From the IMG/VR virus record IMGVR_UViG_3300020469_000010: a stretch of DNA of 64,000 bases; one strand, 5' to 3'. Of the stretch, positions 1-11,300 are shown in pieces (position 1 is the first letter of the stretch; every line of letters starts with the position of its first letter). A program made the translations under genes and the position numbers. Origin of the DNA: a virus. The notes under the pieces are model-generated. The model did not search any database. It had not been told where the DNA came from and saw only the letters and a program-made list of their open reading frames with translations.

Positions 1-1
1 T

Positions 2-2641
2 TCTGGATATAGACCAGGAATTCAAACACATATCGGTGTAAAGGCAGTTACTTCATCCTCAGTGGATATAATTGGTTCTGCAACTGCATTGAATGGGCAC
101 ATTACTGAAGTTTCAATATCTAATGATAAAGTCTTCTATGCTCCAAGAGATATATCAGATGTAATCTACAGCAATACAACTGGACTTACTACAGTTACAA
201 CTTCAACAGCACATGAATTGCTCATTGGACAAGAAGTTCTTCTTTCTGGTATTGCAATGACTTGTGATTACTCTGGTGCTGGTCCGGTCAATATCACTAA
301 TGTCATTTATGATAATATTAGTGGTATCATGACTGTTACAACTTCAGGAGCACATAACTTACAGACCACTGGTCAAAGAAGTGATGTTATTTTCACTGGT
401 ATTGCAATGACTTGTGATTTGGATGGTGGAGCATCAACTCACATCTATCCAAGAACAACAGATCCATTCTATTGTGGATCTAGAGTAACTACTGTCAATA
501 GTTCAACAGAGTTTGAAACTAATGTCGGTGTTTCCACCGTACCTACTTTCTATCAGTCTGGTGGTGTTGTACAACCTGTTATTATTGCTCCAAGAGTAAG
601 TAATAATTCTGCAAGCAGAATTGATCCTGCTGCAGATGGAACTCGTATTACAAGAATTATAAACAGTACTTCTTTTGAAGTTAATACAGGAATTTCTACA
701 AGAGAACATTTCTATGCAAGATGCGGTGAAGTTAACACACCAATTGAAATTGTAATTGATGGTCCGATAGGATACACAAATATTCCGTTAATTTATTCTG
801 ATAGTTCTGTTCAAGGAATAGGAACAAAAGCATCTATTGACATGTTTGTTAGTAGAGATACTTCTATTGCAGAATTTGATTTTAATAATGATGGTTTTGC
901 ATATGGTCAGGGTGAAAAGTTAACTATTGCAATAGGTGGAACTACTGGAATTCCTACTACAGGTTCTTCCTTTAAAGAGTTTGCTATTGATATTGAAAGA
1001 ACTCACTCCGATGAGTTCTCTGCTTGGAGTGTGGGTCAATTCCAACAACTTGATCCATTTGATAGTAAATTTAATGGAAAGAGAACTGTATTCCCAATTT
1101 CATTTAATGGTGATAGGATATCAATTAGAGCAGGTGCAGGAAGTAACATTGATGTATCATCCACTATATTCATCTTTATTAATGATATTCTCCAGGTTCC
1201 TGGACAATCATATCAATTTAGAGGTGGTGGACTGGTAGTCTTTGATGAACCAATTCCAAAAGATTATACATCTAGAATCCTCTTCTACAAAGGAACAAAA
1301 GATATTGATGTTGTTGAGGTTGATATTGATGAACCAGTAGAACCTGGTGATACATTAACAATCAATTCCGAAAATATCTCTCTGAAGGAAGATACTAGAA
1401 CCGTTGAGGAAATATTAGCATCTGATATCGTCCTAACAAATCCATATCGTGGACGAGGAAGAACTAACGATGAAAGTTTAGAAAGACCAGTGATGCTTTG
1501 TAAGCAAACTGAAGATACTTTCATCTATGGATTTGAAGAAACTAAAGATAGAGAATCACTAGAACCAAATATTACTCCCAAAACAAACATAATTCAAAGT
1601 GTTGGAATTGGAACAACAACAAACTTTGCTTGGGTTGAAAGTGTCAAGACTTTCTTTGACAATTCTCTAGAAAATCAAACTACACAAAGACTTGGTGTAA
1701 TTGAAATAATCTCTCAAGAGGTTACTGAACCTGGTTTTGCTTCTGCTAGAGTTTCTTCTGCTGGTATCATTACCGAATTTAGTATTACAAATCCTGGAGC
1801 AGGTTATACATCAGATCCACAAATTTCTATTGGTTCTCCAGGAACTGGAAATACCACAGCTATTGCATCATGCTCAGTCACTAGTGGTATTATTACAAGT
1901 ATAACCGTAACAAATTCAGGAACTGGTTACACAAATACAAACCCACCACAAGTTCTTATTGAACCACCAGTCGTAGAAAAAGAGTTGATTGAAAAAGTTA
2001 CATACGAAGGTGACTTTGGATCAATAGTTTCTATATCCAATACTTCAGTTGGAGTTGGAACAACAGCACTTCTACTATCGTTGTATATTCCCTTTGATTC
2101 TTTCCTAAGAAATCCAGTTGTAAATAGTGGTTTTGCAACAGGTGGATGGAGTGGAATTCAAACTGGACATTACTTTACTTGCAGTAATTCAAATACTGTT
2201 GGAACCTATGTTACAGCACTCAACCATTATGGAGAAACTTTAAGTATATCCACTTCAAGAATGAATGTCATTTTCCAGGCAGCAGATATTGAAAGAAAAT
2301 ATCAAGATATTGTTGGTATTGGATCAACTCAGGTTCTTGAGGTAACAGTTTATGTAGAAGATGAAATAGACTTGGGTGATGCTTTAGCATCTTTCGATAG
2401 TTCTTCACTTACTTTTGATGATGTACGCACCAATAGTTTTGATCAAACAATATTTGATAAGACTAATTATTACGGTGATTTCTCTTGGGGCAAGGTAACT
2501 TGGGATCCTTTAAGAAGTAGAAGAAATGCAACTCCTTTCACTGCTTACCATTTGTCAGGATACGCTGGAATATCTACATCACCTGTTGTTAAGAGAGTTC
2601 ATCCTTTAAGAACTAAACTATATACAAAGTATCAAGATTGA
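2..2641 (+). CDS. C-terminal part of a large baseplate wedge initiator (gp7-like) structural protein; 5'-truncated by the window
   Basis: The frame is open from position 2. Thr/Gly/Ser-rich beta repeats (NPGAGYTSDPQISI), C-terminus YYGDFSWGK...GISTSPVVKR, and position upstream of gp8. Confidence 0.65.
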   Translation, partial: SGYRPGIQTHIGVKAVTSSSVDIIGSATALNGHITEVSISNDKVFYAPRDISDVIYSNTTGLTTVTTSTAHELLIGQEVLLSGIAMTCDYSGAGPVNITNVIYDNISGIMTVTTSGAHNLQTTGQRSDVIFTGIAMTCDLDGGASTHIYPRTTDPFYCGSRVTTVNSSTEFETNVGVSTVPTFYQSGGVVQPVIIAPRVSNNSASRIDPAADGTRITRIINSTSFEVNTGISTREHFYARCGEVNTPIEIVIDGPIGYTNIPLIYSDSSVQGIGTKASIDMFVSRDTSIAEFDFNNDGFAYGQGEKLTIAIGGTTGIPTTGSSFKEFAIDIERTHSDEFSAWSVGQFQQLDPFDSKFNGKRTVFPISFNGDRISIRAGAGSNIDVSSTIFIFINDILQVPGQSYQFRGGGLVVFDEPIPKDYTSRILFYKGTKDIDVVEVDIDEPVEPGDTLTINSENISLKEDTRTVEEILASDIVLTNPYRGRGRTNDESLERPVMLCKQTEDTFIYGFEETKDRESLEPNITPKTNIIQSVGIGTTTNFAWVESVKTFFDNSLENQTTQRLGVIEIISQEVTEPGFASARVSSAGIITEFSITNPGAGYTSDPQISIGSPGTGNTTAIASCSVTSGIITSITVTNSGTGYTNTNPPQVLIEPPVVEKELIEKVTYEGDFGSIVSISNTSVGVGTTALLLSLYIPFDSFLRNPVVNSGFATGGWSGIQTGHYFTCSNSNTVGTYVTALNHYGETLSISTSRMNVIFQAADIERKYQDIVGIGSTQVLEVTVYVEDEIDLGDALASFDSSSLTFDDVRTNSFDQTIFDKTNYYGDFSWGKVTWDPLRSRRNATPFTAYHLSGYAGISTSPVVKRVHPLRTKLYTKYQD

Positions 2642-2657
2642 TTTTTATTATTATCTT

Positions 2658-3242
2658 ATGAAATTCAAATTTCCAGTTATTGTAATTCATAATTTTATGA
2701 ATTTTGATGAAGAAGATCGTTTACTTATGCAAGCAGATGCGCTTCATGCTAGAAGTGAAGGACTTAAAGAAGCAGAAGATGCATTTACAAGTAATAATGT
2801 AGTTCCTCGTGATTTGTCTGGCGGTTATTCTGAATTATATTCTAGATTTTTAGAAAAATCTGAAGAAATTTTTGGAGAATTAGATTTAGCTACAGAAAAT
2901 TCAACATATTGTCATGCTTTATGCCAAAATTGTGAATTTTGGGACTTTAATCCACATATTCATGACAATTGTGATATAAATTCGGTATATTATTTAAAAA
3001 TGCCGAGAGAATATGGGTCAATAATGGTTACTGATGACATCCAGAGTGGAATATGGGAAGAAATTAGACCGGTACAAGATGATTTAATTATATTTCCTGG
3101 AGATTTATGGCATGATCCATTATTTACATCTACTGTTGATTGGAGAATTTCTGTAAATATGGAGATTTTATGTCACAATGTACCTACATGGGAAGAGTAT
3201 CATGAATATGCCGAAAATGAGCGCATAATCTCACATAAATAA
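2658..3242 (+). CDS. Putative 2OG-Fe(II) oxygenase (TIGR02466-like)
   Basis: HxH/D motif PHIHD...SVYYL, distal LIIFPGDLWH, and RISVN. Confidence 0.75.
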   Translation: MKFKFPVIVIHNFMNFDEEDRLLMQADALHARSEGLKEAEDAFTSNNVVPRDLSGGYSELYSRFLEKSEEIFGELDLATENSTYCHALCQNCEFWDFNPHIHDNCDINSVYYLKMPREYGSIMVTDDIQSGIWEEIRPVQDDLIIFPGDLWHDPLFTSTVDWRISVNMEILCHNVPTWEEYHEYAENERIISHK

Positions 3243-3263
3243 GTCACAAACTATCTTATTATA

Positions 3264-3755
3264 ATGTCATTTCAAGGAATATCTACTGGAACATCCATTA
3301 ATGATGGAACTGGAGACAGTCTTTCAGCAGGTGCAACAAAAGTAAATGCTAATTTTCAAGAAATTTATGATGCTCTTGGAAATGGTACAGATTTATTAAC
3401 AGGTAATCCAAATATTACTGTAGGATTTGTAACATCTACAGGAGCATCTTTTAGTGGTGATGTATCAATTGGGGGAACATTAACATATGAAGATGTAAAT
3501 AATGTAGATTCTGTTGGTGTAGTTACTGCTAGAAACGGAATCGTAATTTCTGCTGGTGGAATTGATGTAACTGGAAATTCATCTTACAGTGATTATCTCA
3601 ATGTCAACTCTGGATTGCAAATTACTGGTGTTACTACAACAACATCAGGAATCAGTACTGGAATTGGTACGCACAGAGTTAACTTGAATGTTGTCAATTC
3701 TACAGTTGTCATTGAAGTTCCTGGTGTAGGAATAACTACACTCACATTAACCTAA
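3264..3755 (+). CDS. Small baseplate/fibre-associated structural protein with a gp9/gp10-like N-terminus
   Basis: N-terminal GTSINDGTGDSL...KVNANFQEIY motif and a GGTLTYEDV fibre motif. Confidence 0.6.
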   Translation: MSFQGISTGTSINDGTGDSLSAGATKVNANFQEIYDALGNGTDLLTGNPNITVGFVTSTGASFSGDVSIGGTLTYEDVNNVDSVGVVTARNGIVISAGGIDVTGNSSYSDYLNVNSGLQITGVTTTTSGISTGIGTHRVNLNVVNSTVVIEVPGVGITTLTLT

Positions 3756-3779
3756 TAAATAACTAGAAAATAAACGATC

Positions 3780-5348
3780 ATGTCTGCAATTGTAACAGAT
3801 CAACTACGGATTATAAATGCCAGAAAATTTATAGAAGAAGTTACTTTTAGTAGCAATGCTTATTATAGTTTTGTAGCTTTAACAAATCCGGAAGATTATC
3901 AATCTGATTGGGATGAAAATCCACCAGCACCCAAAGATTGTTTAAATGAAGAATATCACAATTGGGACACTGTTATTGGTCTCAAAAGGATTCTCGGTAG
4001 TGACATTAGATTTGCCGTTAAGAAGGTAAATTGGGCTTCCGGTATTACATACGACATGTATCGTCATGATATCAATAGAAATAATTTATCACAACCTTCA
4101 GAAGCAACTAATTTATATTCTGCAAATTATTTTGTCGTAAACTCAGATTTTAAAGTCTATGTTTGTTTAAATAATGGAACTAGTCCAGAAAATCCAAATG
4201 GAAGACCATCTTTGGATGAACCTAAATTTGTTGATCTAGAACCAAGGGTTGCTGGAGCTAGTAATGATGGATATGTTTGGAAATACTTATTTACCATAAA
4301 TCCCAATGAAATTGTAAAATTTGATACATTAAAATATTTTACTATTCCTACTGATTGGGAAACTGCTGATGAATATGCCTCTGTTAGATTGAATTCTGTT
4401 AGTAGTGGTCAATTAAAAGTAGTTCTTATAGAAAATAGAGGTGTTGATGTTGGACCAGCAAATCAAATATACACTTGCGATATTATTGGAGACGGTCAAG
4501 ATGCAACTGCTACGATTGTTGTAGATAATCAATCAAAAGTTGAATCAATTACTATTTCTGATGGTGGAACTGGATATACCTACGGACGAGTTGATTTAAC
4601 TAGTGGAGGATTCCCAACATCATCCACTACAGAACCAGAATTTAAAATTATTATTCCACCGAAGGGAGGACATGGAAGCAATATTTACAAGGAACTTGGG
4701 TGTACTAGAGTTTTAATTTACTCACAAATTAAAAATGATATACAAAACCCAGATTTTATCGTTGGAAATAAAATTTCTAGAATAGGAATAATTGCAAACC
4801 CACTTTCATTTAATTCTGATCAATTATTGAATAGAGGTGTGGCTAGTGCATTACATGCAATTAGGGTTATTGGTATTAACAATGATGATGATTTTAGAAA
4901 TGCAGTATTTAGTGCAAATTCCACAATAACCCAAACAGTTGGAACAGGACTTACTTCTATTGGAAGAGTTGTTTCATATGATAAAAATACTGGTGTTCTA
5001 AAATATTGGCAAGATAGAACTAATTATGGATTTAACTATAATTTACAACAAACAGCAGTAGATGGAACTTTTGGTAATCAAAAAATTCAATTTAGCTCAG
5101 ATATATTAGATGGTGGATCTTTAGAAATTTTTGGATCAAATCAATCTTTACAAATTGATAATACTTTTGATGGTGATTTATTAGTCATAAATAATGAAAA
5201 CTATTATCTTGGACAAACTTTTGAAAATGGACTTGCTGATCCTGAAGTGAAAAAATATTCTGGAGATTTGATTTATGTAGATAATCGATCTCCAATAACT
5301 AGATCAGCAAATCAAAGAGAAGATATCAAAATCGTATTGCAGTTTTAA
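3780..5348 (+). CDS. gp8: Baseplate wedge subunit gp8
   Basis: VYVCLNN, DGYVWKYLFTI, C-terminal YVDNRSPITRSANQREDIKIVLQF. Confidence 0.9.
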   Translation: MSAIVTDQLRIINARKFIEEVTFSSNAYYSFVALTNPEDYQSDWDENPPAPKDCLNEEYHNWDTVIGLKRILGSDIRFAVKKVNWASGITYDMYRHDINRNNLSQPSEATNLYSANYFVVNSDFKVYVCLNNGTSPENPNGRPSLDEPKFVDLEPRVAGASNDGYVWKYLFTINPNEIVKFDTLKYFTIPTDWETADEYASVRLNSVSSGQLKVVLIENRGVDVGPANQIYTCDIIGDGQDATATIVVDNQSKVESITISDGGTGYTYGRVDLTSGGFPTSSTTEPEFKIIIPPKGGHGSNIYKELGCTRVLIYSQIKNDIQNPDFIVGNKISRIGIIANPLSFNSDQLLNRGVASALHAIRVIGINNDDDFRNAVFSANSTITQTVGTGLTSIGRVVSYDKNTGVLKYWQDRTNYGFNYNLQQTAVDGTFGNQKIQFSSDILDGGSLEIFGSNQSLQIDNTFDGDLLVINNENYYLGQTFENGLADPEVKKYSGDLIYVDNRSPITRSANQREDIKIVLQF

Positions 5349-5354
5349 GGAATT

Positions 5355-8300
5355 ATGCCACAACTAACGAATCTAAACACCTTTCCATATTTTGATGATT
5401 TTGATAAAAAATCTAATTATCATAAGGTTCTCTTTAAACCTGGTCAACCGGTTCAAGCTAGAGAACTTACGACAATGCAGTCTATACTGCAGAATCAAAT
5501 TGAGCAGTTTGGCAACCATGTATTTAAAGATGGTTCAGTAGTAATTCCAGGTACGCTTTCTGTTAGATCTAAGCAATATAATATTGAACTTGAGAGAACT
5601 TTTGCTGGAATTGATGTATTTCAATATACAGATGCATTAACAGGTGTAGAGATTGTTGGATCTGAAAGTGGTGTTAGGGGAAGAGTAGAAGTTGTAGATG
5701 GAAATAGGTTATTTGTCGATATATTAACTTCTGGAAATGAATCGGAATTTTCCGAATTTATTGTTGGAGAATCAATTACAACTACAGACACTGTAAATAT
5801 AACCGAATCAAATATATCAAGTTTTCCTGAAGGAGCTGAAATTGGTGTAATTGGAAATGTTTTCAGAGGATGTATTGCAAAGTTAACTAGTGGTGTATTT
5901 TTCCTACGAGGATATTTTGTAGAAGTTGAAGATTCAACAGTAGTTATTAGTTCGGAAGAACCAAATCCAACTTGTTCTATAGGATTTTTAATTAATGAAT
6001 TACTTACTGATTCATTTGATGACGAGTCTTTATATGACAATTCGCAGGGATTTATTAATTATGCTGCGCCAGGTGCAGATAGACTTCAAATTGAAGTAAC
6101 ACTAGTTACATCATATAGAGGTGAATTTGATGATGAATTTCCACAAAATTATGTAGAAATTGCAAAAGTTACTAATGGTACAATATCTTCATCTAAAATT
6201 GAAAATCCATCATATAATATTCTTGGTGATGAATTAGCAAGAAGAACATTTGATGAAAGTGGTCACTATTATGTAAAACCCTTTACTCTTGATGTAAGAG
6301 AATCTTTGAGAGATTTTAAGGGAAATAATGGAATATTTAATGATAGTGAACTTACCCTATTTGGACAAATTCCTAGAGATGATATTGGTATCTATGATGT
6401 TTCTCCAGGAAAGGCATATATTTTTGGATATGAAGTTGACATGTCCTCAAATTCATTATTGGACTTTTCGAAACCAAGAGAAACAAAACAGTTTGAAGAT
6501 CAAGCAATAACATATGTAACTGGTCCTACATTATCTCTCAATAGGTCTTTTGGTGCGCCAGAAGTCGGTGTTTCCACCACATATACACTTTCACTTAGAG
6601 ATGAGAGAGTAGGTGCTACACAAACAAATGCTCCAGGAAAAGAAATTGGACTGGCTAGAGTGTATGATTATGCTCTAGAATCAGGATCTTACGAAACTTC
6701 AAATCTTGATGCAAACATTTGGGATTTAGCACTATTTGATGTAGTTCCATTTACAGATATTGTTGTAAACGAAAGTATTGAATCTGTACAGACTCCAACA
6801 TTTATCGAAGGTAAAGCAAGTGGTGCTGTAGGATTCTTGAGATATGATGTTTCAAATTCTGGAATTATAACTGCGTATAATGTTAGAGGAAACTTTATAA
6901 AAGGTGAAGAATTAGTTTTTGATGGAAATGATTCTGATAGAATTACTATCGCATCTACAACTTATGGAATATCAAATGTAAAATCCATATTTGGTCAGTC
7001 TGGTAGTGGAACATTCTCTGCTGATGTAAGACAATCACCAGAAATTGCTCTTGGACCTTGTAAGATTGATGGATCAGGAGTAGTAACTCAAGCAGGTAGA
7101 GATTTTACAAAAGATTTTATAGTAAATGATCTTGTTTCTTACAGGACTCCTGGAGGTGCTAGACCAACGGTTAACAGGGTAAGTGCCGTAACGGTAGATG
7201 ATATTACTTTAGCAGCAGTAGAGAATGTGACAGGTGTCTCTCTAGGTGCAGTAGCTTCCAATACCGATTCAATTGATATCTTTAAAATTTCAACAAAGAT
7301 TGCAAATACCAATACTGGAGATGATAACTATCTGTTCACTAGATTACCTAAGAAGGTAGTTTCAACTGTTGACACCTCTAATAGTGAACTTTCTTTCCGT
7401 AAGAGATTTGATACTACAGTTACTCCAGATGCTACTGGTGGAAGAATTACAATTCTTCCTTCACAACTGGGATCTACTGAGACATTCTTACCATTTGACG
7501 AAGAAAGATATATTGTAATTAATACTAATGGTCAAACTGAAGCACTAACACAAGATAAGTTTACTATTACTAGTGGAAATAAGGAATTAATCATAAGAGG
7601 TTTATCTGTAACAGGATCTGCAGTACTAATTGCCACATTAAAGACTAATGATGTAGAACCTATTACTAAACTTAGAAATAGATTAGAAGCAATTACAGTA
7701 TCAAAATCTAAACTGCCAGGTTCAGGTATTGGAGCAACAACTTTAAATGATGGACTAGAATATGGTAATTATCCATATGGAACTAGAGTTCAAGATAAAG
7801 ATATTTGTCTGCTTCAACCAGATGTAATGAAACTTCATGGTGTTTTTGAATCATCTACTGAAGGTGAAGCTGAAATCCCAAATCTAATTCTTAGAGATAT
7901 TGACAGTTTTAATGGAAGTGCTGAAGATATACTAATAGGTGAAGAGATTATTGGTTCTGAGTCTGGATGTGTTGCAATAATTTCAGATGTTATAGACAGT
8001 GCAAATGTTGAATTTATTGTAATTAATGATAAAGAATTTATTTTTGATGAGAAAATAAATTGCCAAGAAACTGAGATTACTGCGACTATTGATGCAATTA
8101 CACCCGGTGATAATAATATCACTAACCAATTTACTTTGGTTAGAGGAACTAATAATACAATTTATGATTATTCTAGAATTGTAAGAGATTCTTCTTCTGC
8201 TGAACCAATCAAGAGTCTTAGAATTTTCTACGAGTATGCAAGTCTAGATTCTAATGAGAGTGGATGCTATATGAGTGTTGACTCATATTTCCAGTTTGAC

Positions 8301-11300
8301 TACAAGGATATTGGAAATACAAATGGAATTAGACACTCAGATATTATTGATATTAGACCAAGAGTTGATCAATATATTGTAGAGGAAAATAAGAGATCTC
8401 CATTTGAATTCTTAGGTAGAGATTTCTTTAACGATCAAAACGATAATTTAAAAATTCTAGCTTCTGATGAATCCTTAACTTTCGATTATCAAATTTACTT
8501 ACCAAGAATTGATAAAATTTATCTAAACAAAGATAAAATTTTCCAATTAAGTCGTGGTGTTTCTGCAGAAAATCCAGAAGAACCATCTCTAATTGAAGAT
8601 GCAATTGAAGTTGCTCGTATAGTTTTACCAGCATATCTCTTTAATACTTCAGATGCAAAGTTAAGTCTCTCAACTTACAAACGATATCAAATGAGAGATA
8701 TTGCTGGATTGGAAGATAGAATTAAAAATCTTGAGTATTATACTTCACTATCTTTACTTGAGCAAAGTACTGCTAACTTAGAAATTAAAGATTCTGCAGG
8801 CACCGATAGATTTAAATCTGGTTTCTTTGTAGATAATTTTACAACAACTACAAATCAAATAAAACTTGGTGCTAAGAACAGTATTGATCCTAGAACTAAA
8901 GAATTAAGACCAGCAGCATACACCACACAACTAGATTTACTTTTAGGTTCAACAGAACTAACTGGTGTTGGTGGAGAAAAAAATCTAAATGCAGATCCAA
9001 GATATGTAACTGATTTAATTGGTGAAGATATTAGAAGAAGCACCGTTGATCCCAATGGAAATGCTGGTTCTGATGGTATGGGAATCATAACTCTAGATTA
9101 TGAAGAAATTGAATTAATTTCTCAAGATACTGCTACAAGAGTAGTAAACGCAGCACCATATTTTGTAACTTTCTATAAAGGAACTATTACTCTCAATCCA
9201 TCATCAGATATTTGGGTTGAACAATCTAGAGTTGAAACACAAACTGTTGAAGGTTTGATTGGTGGTTATTCTGTCACTAATATTGAAGCAAAACCCTCAG
9301 ACTTGGATCCTCAGGCAGGATGGTCTCCAATTCTATGGGGTGGATGGAATGAAGAGTGGACTGGTAAGAAAGTTACTAATAACTCAGTTAGAGATAAAGC
9401 TTCATCTATAGATGATGGAGTTAAAGTAACTGCATCTACCACAATAGTTTCACAGACAACTACTAATACAGGAACAGCAACTCAGCAAGGTTTATCAACA
9501 CAGATAGAAACTGTTCCAGGAAATAATATTAATCTTGGTGATAAAATTATTGCAAGTAATGTTTCTTCATTCCTAAGGTCTAGAAATATTGAAGTTCTTG
9601 CTAGAAGATTAAAACCACTTACAAGAATGTACGCATTCTTCTCTGGAATAAATGTAACAAATTACTGTATTCCAAAATTAATTGAAATTGAAATGATCGG
9701 TGGAACCTTTAGAGTTGGAGAAACCGTTGAGAGTACAACAAGAACTCCAGGAATTATTGAAGATAAACCATATATTAAATTCAGAGTAGCACAACCTAGA
9801 CATAGAAATGGTGCATACAATGACCCGATTGATGGATATGGAACAAGTCCATATAATGGAGCAGATTTACCTGAAGATTATTCCGTAAGTTCAAAGTTAT
9901 TGAATGTAGACTTGACTTCTCTTTGTTTACAAGCACAAGGAGATTTTTATGGATATATTAGTCCAGGAATGACTCTGGTTGGAAAATCTAGTGGAGCTAG
10001 AGCAAGAATTTCTAATGTCAGACTAGTATCAGATAATACTGGATCTCTATTCGCATCATTCTATATTCCAAATTCTAATTCTAAAACTGCTCCTAGATTT
10101 AAATCTGGAAATAATACCTTAAAAATTCAAGATAATGCCAACTTGAATGCAATTTCGGGTACTTTAAATTCTGCAACAGAAGGAACATATTTCTCACAAG
10201 GAACAATTGAGCAGGTTCAAGGATCTATCATTTCTACAAGAAATGTCGAAGTTACTAATGCATATACAACACAATCTCAAGCAATTTTTGATGAACAAAC
10301 AACAATTACTGGTGTTGATGTAGATCTTACTGTATCGGTAACTCCACAACCAATTCCAAGACCAATCCCGCAACCGAAACCACAACCCAAACCACAACCA
10401 ACACCTAAACCACAACCACAACCTAGACCCAGACCAACACCAAAACCAAAACCACAACCTAAAGCACTTCCACCAGTACCTAATCCAAAACCAGAGCCAA
10501 GACCGCAACCTTTGGCTCCACAACCAAAACCAGCTATACCACCAAAGGTACAACCAAAACCAAGACCACAACCTAAAGCATCTAAGCCACCAAAACCAAG
10601 ACCAAAACCTAAAGCAACATTCAAACCACCCAAGTCTCGGCAGAAGGATGATTCCAATCCAAGGCCGTTGCCACCAAAAGCAAAGCCAGTAAAGCCAGTA
10701 CCAAATCCAAAACCAAAGGCTGTAGCTAATCCACCTAAGCCAAAACCAAAACCGCACGCTACTCCAAAACCACAACCCAAACCCAATCCCAATCCAAAGC
10801 CCAATCCACCACCACCGGTGGTAGCACCAAAGAAACCACCAACAAATCCCAAGCCAAAGCCCAAGAAACCAAAACCAATCCCCATTCCAAAGCCCAAGCC
10901 TAAGAATCCCAAGCCAAAGCCCAAAAAACCAAAACCAATCCCCATTCCAAAGCCCAGACCGGTAGGTGATAGGCCAGGTGATGAGCCAACACCAAGACCA
11001 CCGGCATTTGTTGAACCACCAGAGGATTATGATGATCCTCTAGCGCAATCCTTCTTTGTTGGAGGAGAAAATTATAAAACTGGAGTATTTGTTACTTCCG
11101 CAAGTCTCTACTTTAAGACTACATCGGATGCAGAATCCTGTTTTGTCCAACTAAGACCAATGGTAAATGGATTACCTTCACATAAAGCGTATCCAATGTC
11201 CAATGTCGTTCTTCAAGGTGCTGATGTTGTAATTTCAGAGGATGCTTCTGTCCCAACAATTGTTACATTCCCATCACCAATTTATTTGGAAGGAAACAAA

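Noticed and set aside
524-6578. 15-bp match gtcggtgtttccacc in the gp7-like and VrlC-like genes
   Set aside because: It encodes the very common VGVST motif; chance or codon bias is sufficient.
10194-10945. Long minus-strand Gly-rich and Trp-rich ORFs
   Set aside because: They mirror the CCA/AAA-rich Pro-Lys codons on the + strand, which lack antisense stops. No independent evidence of coding.
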